DNA of 5,645 nucleotides from Amoebophrya sp. A120 (lineage: Eukaryota; Protista; Dinoflagellata). The notes under the pieces are model-generated. The model was given only the letters and a program-made list of their open reading frames with translations. It was not told where the DNA came from and made no database searches. Positions 1-5,645 of the stretch are shown here, one piece after another (the stretch's first letter is position 1; each line of letters starts with the position of its first letter). The DNA lies in assembly GCA_905178155.1 (NCBI GenBank), contig CAJINV010000117.1, forward strand, positions 1-5,645, given 5' to 3'. Made by a program: the position numbers and the translations under genes.

Positions 1-19
1 GCGTAGTCGACTTTTTCAG
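1..19 (-). CDS. Putative exon (AEKVDY...), continues past the window edge
   Basis: Removing 20-1189 joins GAT G to CT GAA AAA GTC GAC TAC in frame with exon 1190-1253. Very short, so weakly supported. Confidence 0.45.
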
Positions 20-145
20 CAGGGTATGCATTTGCAAAAGTCGTATCGCACTAGAAATTAGTACTGCGATTGAAAATTTTTGCAGAAGTAAAAATGAAAT
101 TACTATTTAAACTGCAGCAACTGCCCAAAAATGAGTTTTCGGGGG

Positions 146-527
146 GTGTTCCGGGGTATGTTCCGACCCCTGTTCCGGGGTATCAAACACGACCTAACTC
201 GGCCATTTCCTCACGCACCCCCCAAAACATACCCCACACCTGACTCGGCAAAAGTGACACCCGGCCCCGGAGGTCACTTTTCGAGAGTCTGGCCCGACCC
301 CGGACCTGACTGTCGGAAAGTGGCTTTCGGGGCATGGTCTGGGGTGTGTTTCGGGGTGTGTTCTGGGGTGTGTTCCGGGGTATGTTCCGACCCCTGTTCG
401 GGGGTATCCAACACGACCCGAATCGGCAAAAACCTCCTGCACAACTCAAAACATGCTCCCCACCTGACTTCGGAAAAGGAACACCCGACCCCGGGGGCCG
501 CTTTTCAAGAGTCAGGCCCGACCCCGG
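146..527. repeat. Two diverged ~158-bp direct copies (146-303 and 370-527), period 224 bp
   Basis: gtgttccggggtatgttccgacccctgttc at 146 and 370; ggcccgaccccgg at 291 and 515; constant 224-bp offset. Confidence 0.9.
328..387. repeat. 12-bp minisatellite, 5 copies, consensus YGGGGTGTGTTC
   Basis: cggggcatggtc tggggtgtgttt cggggtgtgttc tggggtgtgttc cggggtatgttc. Confidence 0.9.
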
Positions 528-554
528 GGGCCAAAGATTGGCTGCCTATTCATT

Positions 555-931
555 GGGGGGGGGGCGCCCCGCCCAGGGGCGCAGAAACAGGTCCGCGCGG
601 CCTGATTCGGGAGTGCGAAGCGAACTAACAGCCCCCAGGAAGGCCGCGCCCCCCCCTCACTTGGTCGTGGGTAGTCCTGCTGGGGGGGCCCCGCCAAGGG
701 GCGCAGAAACAGGTCTGTGCGCCCTGGTTCGGAGAACAGGCTCCAGGAAGGTGGCCGCGCCCCCCCTCGCATGGTCGGGGGTAGTCCTTTGGGGGGGGCG
801 CCCCGCCCAGGGGCGCAGAAACAGGCCCGCGCGCCCTGGTTCGGGAAAACAACCTCCCGGACGGCCGCGCCCTCGGTTGGTCGTGGGTAGTCCTTTGGGG
901 GGGGCGCCCCGCCCAGGGGCGCAGAAAAAGG
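555..931. repeat. GC-rich tandem repeat, about 3.3 copies of a 106-127 bp unit
   Basis: Units start at 555, 682, 791 and 897 with a poly-G run then (cg)ccccgccMaggggcgcagaaa; the full units end in ggtcgKgggtagtcct. Confidence 0.92.
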
Positions 932-1189
932 CGCATTTTTCCAGGGGGGGCGCCGGCACCACGAGCGCCAAGCTACCCCGTTCTGTCGCAAAAAAAAAAC
1001 CTGCCGCATCATGGGCAAGAAAAGCCGCCGCGGGTGGCCCTTCTTCGCCGCAAGGTCGCAGCGCGGGGACTCTGTCCCCGCGCCATGACCTTGTTTCTCA
1101 TGCAGATTCAGACATAGAAAGCAAAAACTTGTCATGCGACATTGCAGAACTTCTCGCCCCAGCACGATAAAAAACTTTCACTCTGCATA

Positions 1190-1253
1190 CATCCGCAGGG
1201 TCGACTTCAATATCAAAAAGCACTTCATATTGCCCCTGGGCATTCTCCTTCTC
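1190..1253 (-). CDS. Putative exon fragment (EKENAQGQYEVLFDIEVDPAD), 5' part lost in the gap
   Basis: Open, protein-like frame that ends exactly at the TATGCA inverted-repeat end at 1189. Link to the Cys-rich gene across the gap is assumed. Confidence 0.5.
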
Positions 1254-1770
1254 NNNNNNNNNNNNNNNNNNNNNNNNNNNNNNNNNNNNNNNNNNNNNNN
1301 NNNNNNNNNNNNNNNNNNNNNNNNNNNNNNNNNNNNNNNNNNNNNNNNNNNNNNNNNNNNNNNNNNNNNNNNNNNNNNNNNNNNNNNNNNNNNNNNNNNN
1401 NNNNNNNNNNNNNNNNNNNNNNNNNNNNNNNNNNNNNNNNNNNNNNNNNNNNNNNNNNNNNNNNNNNNNNNNNNNNNNNNNNNNNNNNNNNNNNNNNNNN
1501 NNNNNNNNNNNNNNNNNNNNNNNNNNNNNNNNNNNNNNNNNNNNNNNNNNNNNNNNNNNNNNNNNNNNNNNNNNNNNNNNNNNNNNNNNNNNNNNNNNNN
1601 NNNNNNNNNNNNNNNNNNNNNNNNNNNNNNNNNNNNNNNNNNNNNNNNNNNNNNNNNNNNNNNNNNNNNNNNNNNNNNNNNNNNNNNNNNNNNNNNNNNN
1701 NNNNNNNNNNNNNNNNNNNNNNNNNNNNNNNNNNNNNNNNNNNNNNNNNNNNNNNNNNNNNNNNNNNNNN
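1254..1770. other. Assembly gap, 517 N
   Basis: Run of N, directly adjacent to a near-identical 144-bp coding tandem repeat. Confidence 1.
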
Positions 1771-2052
1771 TGAGCCATCGTCTTCGAAGTGATGCCCCGA
1801 GTTGCAAGTGCCTTGCTGACAGCCAGCCGTCGTCTGATGGTCGACGCACGTCGGCGGCCCGGTTAACGGCGTTCCGTGCTCGCATTTGCAGGTATTCACG
1901 ACGCAGTTTTTGGCTGAGCCATCGTCTTCGAAGTGATACCCCGAGTTGCAAGTGCCTTGCTGACAGCCAACCGTCACATCGTCGTTTACGCACGTCGGTG
2001 GCCCCGTTAATGCTGTTCCGTGCTCGCATTTGCAGGTATTCACGACGCAGTT
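1771..2052 (-). repeat. 144-bp (48-aa) coding tandem repeat, about 2 copies visible
   Basis: tgagccatcgtcttcgaagtgat at 1771 and 1915; NCVVNTCKCEHGTxLTGPPTCV...GCQQGTCNSGxHFEDDGS occurs twice. Confidence 0.95.
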
Positions 2053-2272
2053 TGCAGCGTCTAGGTGGTATCCAGCATCGCAATCGTGGCAAATCTCCGT
2101 ATTATGCGAGGTGCAGGCCGCCCCCGTCGCCTCATTGCCGTGCGGGCAAGTGCAGTCGTTCTGCACGCAGTTGTTCCCGCTTTTGTGATAGCCGGCCGTA
2201 GTGCAAGCAGTGCAGATCACCGCATCACGCGAGGTGCAAGCGGTGCCAGTCGCCTCCTCGCCGTGCTCACAT
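1771..2272 (-). CDS. Exon encoding cysteine-rich repeats (N-x-C-x-C-x-H-G...G...C...C...C...GYH...NC), runs into the gap
   Basis: Stop-free frame with four regularly spaced 6-Cys units: CEHGEEATGTAC..., NDCTCPHGNEATGAAC..., and NTCKCEHGT twice. Confidence 0.9.
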
Positions 2273-2277
2273 TTCAA

Positions 2278-2549
2278 TATGAGGGTGTCAGGTTTGAACA
2301 AATCGACAGAGCAGTAAGTCGTAATGCGTAAAGAGGACTGTTTGGGGCTAGAGATACTAGAGCTGCTCAAGTAGCATGACAGAGACAGTCTTCTTTGCCC
2401 ACCAAACAGCGCGGCAAACTACATTTAGGTGTTGCCAACATTTGTGATGCGCCGCTTAGAAATTGGGGGCCAAACTGGTGGCATCATCGTCTTTATGCGT
2501 GACAAAAAAATGCTGCAACTTTGTCGATTCCGCACCTGACGCTTCCATA
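2278..2549 (-). mobile_element. Inverted-repeat intron/introner, 272 bp, degenerate TIR of a distinct family
   Basis: Left tatgagggtgtcaggtttgaacaaatcgacagag vs reverse complement of right end tatggaagcgtcaggtgcggaatcgacaaag; flanks ttcaa/gtgca (2/5). Removing 2273-2549 gives NVC-T-CEHG, matching the repeat consensus. Confidence 0.8.
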
Positions 2550-2588
2550 GTGCAGACATTCTGCGTGCAAGTGCCTGCAGCGGTGTCC
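2550..2588 (-). CDS. 39-nt exon (E)DTAAGTCTQNVC(T)
   Basis: Lies between two TIR elements, is in frame on both sides, and supplies the C-x-x-N-x-C part of the Cys repeat. Confidence 0.82.
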
Positions 2589-2593
2589 TCGTG

Positions 2594-2807
2594 TATCCAA
2601 GACAAAAATTGTGCTCGTGTAACTTTCTTTGGCTGACAGCATCACAAGTTTGCTCTACATGACAGAGAAAACCTGTCATGCGTGGCTCTACATGTGAGGG
2701 AAAACACACATGAAAAGAGGACTTCACGCTTGTCTGGCATGACAGGTGTAACTCTGTTGCATGCTCTGCGTCTGCATTACAGAGTTACACAGTTTTTTTC
2801 TTGCATA
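2594..2807 (-). mobile_element. Inverted-repeat intron/introner, 214 bp, 20-bp TIR
   Basis: tatccaagacaaaaattgtg vs reverse complement tatgcaagaaaaaaactgtg (17/20); flanks tcgtg/tcatg (4/5). Removal gives GYH-E-DT. Confidence 0.85.
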
Positions 2808-2836
2808 TCATGGTATCCGGCTTTATCACAAGGACA
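2808..2836 (-). CDS. 29-nt exon CPCDKAGYH(E)
   Basis: Encodes the C..AGYH motif seen in the downstream repeats; in frame with both neighbours. Confidence 0.82.
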
Positions 2837-2841
2837 CTCAA

Positions 2842-3082
2842 TATGGATTGCAAACATGTCTGGGTGTAATGCCAAAAGTGAATGAGAGACGCACTACAAT
2901 ACGCAGCTATGCATGGCAAATTTTTTGGGTGCCATGTCTTACGTATTCCGCATGGCAAACTGCGTTTTTGCATGACAGGTAAGAGGGCCGTATCGCGCCT
3001 ATGCAACACAGATTCTCGAGTCATGCCAGACAAGCATGACAAACTTGCATTCTTCCAGACCCAGACATTTTTGCATTTGATA
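2842..3082 (-). mobile_element. Inverted-repeat intron/introner, 241 bp, TATCAAATG TIR family
   Basis: Right end 3052-3082 is an intact family TIR; left tatggattgcaaacatgtctgggtgt matches it 21/26; flanks ctcaa/cttca (3/5). Removal of 2837-3082 gives SLK-CPC. Confidence 0.85.
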
Positions 3083-3465
3083 CTTCAAACTGCTCTCAGC
3101 TCCGTCTGCGGCCTCGCAGGGGGCACCGCCGTTTGCCGCGGCTTGGGTCTGCGTGTACTTGCGCGTGAGGGTCTCTCCCGTGCCGGTGCACTGTTGCTCC
3201 AACTCCGCGTCCGAAGCTGCTACACTCCATGACCCCGTGCAGTCTTGCGGGGGCTCCATTTCGGGCACGCCACCGGGACGGCCGAACCGCACGTAGGAGG
3301 TGAGGAGAAGTGCGATTGGTGTCGCATCGTTGAACACGCAGCTGCCGTCGTCACAAACCAGTCCGGGCACGGTTTCGAAAAACTCGGGTTTGTATTGCCT
3401 GTCCAACCTTTTAGGCTCGCATTTGCTGTACAGAATGCACGCGCCAGTCAAATAGTTTGCCAAGC
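3083..3465 (-). CDS. 383-nt exon containing a thrombospondin type 1 (TSP1)-like module
   Basis: Stop-free frame. PQDCTGSWS...C...TLTRKYTQTQAAANGGAPC resembles the DC.GxWS...R...NGG.xC TSP1/spondin pattern (recognised by eye, no HMM run). Bounded by TIR elements on both sides. Confidence 0.85.
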
Positions 3466-3470
3466 AGTCC

Positions 3471-3753
3471 TATCACATGCAAAAATGTCTGGGTCTGGAA
3501 GAGTTCTAGATTTATGGTCATGCATATCTTAAATAACATGAGCCATGATGTCTGTGATGCATGCCGCAGCATCAGAGATTTTTAGAAAGCTTTGTGATAT
3601 AATCTCTACCGCATGAGAGATGCCCTCGTCCTTAAGTGGGACTACCAGCCCGGCCCCTATTGCGGGTCATGCAATACAAAGTGTTTTGGAATCTTCCACG
3701 GACAGCATCACAAGTTTAGAATCTTCCAGACCCAGACACTTTTGCATTTGATA
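3471..3753 (-). mobile_element. MITE-like intron/introner, 283 bp, TATCAAATG TIR family, 5-bp TSD agtcc
   Basis: TIRs 3471-3502 and 3722-3753 match 30/32; perfect agtcc at 3466-3470 and 3754-3758. Removal gives KED-CLANY. Confidence 0.93.
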
Positions 3754-3769
3754 AGTCCTCTTTCAGTAC
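3754..3769 (-). CDS. 16-nt micro-exon VLKED(C)
   Basis: In frame with 3083-3465 after TSD-aware removal and with 5096-5172 through the ctcca direct repeat. Upstream boundary has an alternative. Confidence 0.6.
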
Positions 3770-3774
3770 CTCCA

Positions 3775-5095
3775 TAACAGAAAAAAGCGTTCGCGTAAAG
3801 AACGGAATTTGTCATGAAGCGGAATGCATCACAAAAGAACGCGTCACAAAAATTGCCATGCACAGCATGTGCCTCCAATCTGTGAACATCAAAACCGTTC
3901 TCGCGGTAGGCGGCTACCACTCCCGGTGGCAGCGCCTTCGCGGCATTCCTTCGATGCACCGAGACAACCGAAGCTACGACTTCGAGCCGTAATAGGCCCG
4001 ACTCAGACTACATTATACTTCTCACACGAGCCTGAGCTCGTTGCTCAACCTCAATCCTCATTCGCCTCTGTCCCTACAGAGGCGTCGACTGGACCTGCAA
4101 GCTGTTTCTCGAACAGCTACCCCGAGCTTGCTTGCTTTCCACCAACGCACCGCGTTGGCACTTGTGCGAGCTTGTTGCAGTTCCCCGCTAGCTTGCACCA
4201 CCTGAGTGAAGTTTGTTAAGCGCCCCAGGGAGCAGATTCGAAATCTGTGCTACAGCTATTAAATAGCTTCTTACGAGAAACCTAATGTCGATCCTGAATT
4301 AAGATCAGGAACCTTTGGGCGCGTGAACCCAGAATTTGTAGAAGACCCCACGCTGATGAGATCTTCTCCACCACAGTGTAGAACTTCTTATGAGGACCCC
4401 AAGCAAAGATCTTAGTGAAACCAAGACCGTGACCAGATCCCCAGAAGATCTTTCTTCTCCAATCAGTGCGAGGGGACTTTTGCCCTTTCTAGCGCCTTGC
4501 GCTATTCTGGCACTCCAAGCGCGGCATAGCCACACAGGGAGGCGACTACAGCCCTGAGCATGGGTGGCTCGTCCGCTGCTCTTATGCAGGGACCTACGGG
4601 GGAAGGGGGCTAGTAGTTCTTACCTTTCCCACTTGGGGAATGGTTGGGCTCATAACTCTGTGGACGTCTCAAGCGTCAGGGACTAGGCATGCTCACTAGC
4701 ATGCTGTCCGAAGATAGAGAACAGAGTTACTATCTAAGCACCTACCTAGTAGGTACTACGGAGAGAAAGGGCTTTTTATTCTTCCAGCTACTGGCCCGTA
4801 GACCAGAAGCCATTCTGGCACTGTTGTGTGTACGTTGTTACCCTTGGTATGGATATCATCCTGTCACCATCATAGTGGTGTAGTGTGTGTGACCCATGTG
4901 GTCCTATTCATCCTAGTACCGTGATCCTACTCGTGTGACCCCTCTAGGCTAGTATTTGATCGTCTGCCTATCGGTATACTTAGAGCCTATCTCTTCGATC
5001 TCATTGATCTCAGGAGCATGCTAGCAACTGCTCTAGTCCGAGACAGGTTGCTGCGCAATCTGTGAACATCAAAACCGTTAACGTTAACACTTTTT
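3775..5095 (-). other. Intron flanked by 5-nt direct repeat ctcca, weak terminal IR, enlarged by a nested insertion
   Basis: ctcca at 3770-3774 and 5096-5100; agaaaaaagcgtt...aacgg vs reverse complement agaaaaagtgtt...aacgg; removal joins RLE-VLK in frame; 141 bp remain once the nested insertion and one 24-mer are removed. Confidence 0.6.
3876..5079. mobile_element. Unclassified 1156-bp insertion (3900-5055) between perfect 24-bp direct repeats
   Basis: caatctgtgaacatcaaaaccgtt at 3876-3899 and 5056-5079. No TIR, no TG..CA ends, no poly(A), no recognisable protein. Confidence 0.7.
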
Positions 5096-5172
5096 CTCCA
5101 ATCGCTTACCATCCTTTCGCTTACCGTCGGTTTGATATTGCAGCATAAACTCACAGCAGTTGTACGAGGGCG
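5096..5172 (-). CDS. 77-nt exon (P)PSYNCCEFMLQYQTDGKRKDGKRLE
   Basis: Open frame continuous with 5582-5606 after removing 5173-5581. Confidence 0.7.
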
Positions 5173-5177
5173 GCGGG

Positions 5178-5581
5178 TATCAAATGTAAAAATGTCTGGG
5201 TCTGGAAGAATGCAAGATTTGTGATGCAGGTTTTCCAGATAGCATGGCTGATGGCACTTAGGATGAAGGGGGCAGTCCTCAACCAATACACATTGGAAGA
5301 GGGGACCCCAACCCCCTGGGGGTGAAGAATCGAGGGTGGCATTGCCCTACAGAAAATGACCCATGAGGCAGGTTTTCCATGACCCATGAGGTCTGGAATG
5401 TGAGACCCAGCATGACAGATTTTGTGAGGTCTCTGTCATGCCTTTCCTGCATGAGAAACTCCCTCTCAACTGGGTCAAAAGCGGACAGCTTTTGGTACTC
5501 ACGCAACACAGATTTTTGCATCATTCAGATTTAGCATGACAAGTTCTAACCTTCCAGACCCAGACATTTTTACATTTGATA
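5178..5581 (-). mobile_element. MITE-like intron/introner, 404 bp, perfect 31-bp TIR, 5-bp TSD gcggg
   Basis: tatcaaatgtaaaaatgtctgggtctggaag at 5178-5208 and its exact reverse complement at 5551-5581; gcggg at 5173-5177 and 5582-5586. Confidence 0.95.
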
Positions 5582-5606
5582 GCGGGTCAAGCGTTCGATA
5601 AACGTG
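5582..5606 (-). CDS. ~20-25 nt micro-exon HVYRTLDP
   Basis: Sits between two TIR ends; frame joins to PPSYNCC. Confidence 0.6.
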
Positions 5607-5645
5607 TATCAACCGCAAATATGTCGTCTGGGTCCTCCACCTCTG
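5607..5645 (-). mobile_element. One end of a further TATCAA-family intron/introner, truncated by the window edge
   Basis: tatcaaccgcaaatatgtcgtctgggtc aligns to family TIR tatcaaatgcaaaaatgt---ctgggtc. Confidence 0.65.

Larger units (their letters stand above)
25..1189 (-). mobile_element. Degenerate inverted-repeat intron/introner (~1.17 kb) containing GC-rich repeats
   Basis: Left end tatgcatttgcaaaagtcgtatcgcactagaaattagtactgcgat aligns with gaps to the reverse complement of 1141-1189 (tatgcagagtgaaagttttttatcgtgctggggcgagaagttctgcaat). TAT...ATA termini; flanks caggg/catcc (2/5); GCATGACA motif at 1130. Confidence 0.6.

Noticed and set aside
328-387. Telomeric repeat
   Set aside because: The 12-bp unit is degenerate, has only 5 copies, is internal and is not a TTAGGG/TTTAGGG type.
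131-1170. Overlapping long ORFs on both strands (131-628, 334-1170, 512-1165 and others)
   Set aside because: They arise from stop-poor GC-rich tandem repeats, give low-complexity G/P/R/A translations and lie inside an inferred intron.
1098-2370. ORFs spanning the N gap
   Set aside because: Their lengths are artefacts of X runs. Only the minus-strand segments 1771-2272 and 1190-1253 look coding; the N-terminus of ORF 1225-2370 is intronic.
2778-2807. Read-through DMQEKNCV resembling the repeat's KNCV motif
   Set aside because: It is the TIR of element 2594-2807 and reaches TAA within a few codons, so the resemblance is coincidental.
2273-3088. A single 811-nt intron using ttcaa repeats (LK to CEHG join)
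   Set aside because: It is in frame, but three separate TIR pairs and two exons completing the Cys repeat explain the region better. It could at most be a skipping isoform.
4349-4431. Hammerhead ribozyme-like core (CTGATGA at 4353, GAAAC at 4417)
   Set aside because: Stem II (gatctt/aagatc) is separated from GAAA by 5 extra nt, and the cleavage triplet would be GAC rather than NUH. An Infernal search would settle it.
3824-4883. ORFs 3824-4219, 4305-4535 and 4689-4883 as transposase or reverse transcriptase
   Set aside because: They are short, with no recognisable RT, integrase, DDE or tyrosine-recombinase motifs.
3052-5581. Recurrent ~31-bp sequence as a CRISPR repeat
   Set aside because: Copies alternate in orientation, are hundreds of bp apart and have 5-bp flanking duplications, so they are TIRs. 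No cas genes are present.

Overview
Eukaryotic genomic scaffold fragment with a 517-N gap (1254-1770), so the bacterial-style ORF track is mostly misleading. The window holds an internal part of one minus-strand gene for a cysteine-rich repeat protein (a TSP1-like module followed by Cys repeats, probably extracellular). It is split into small exons by at least seven apparently non-canonical introns, with an eighth starting at the right edge. Nearly all introns share one layout: [5-nt direct repeat] TAT...terminal inverted repeat...ATA [5-nt direct repeat]. Removing each element plus one 5-nt flank restores a continuous frame: HVYRTLDP|PPSYNCCEFMLQYQTDGKRKDGKRLE|VLKED|CLANYLTGAC...AESSLK|CPCDKAGYH|EDTAAGTCTQNVC|TCEHGEEATGTAC... 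This resembles the inverted-repeat introners known from the syndinian parasite Amoebophrya (taxon is my inference). The introns also share an intron-restricted 8-mer, GCAT[GC]ACA. One intron carries a 1156-bp hairpin-rich insertion between 24-bp direct repeats, and another contains GC-rich tandem repeats. All splice models are inferred from DNA only.
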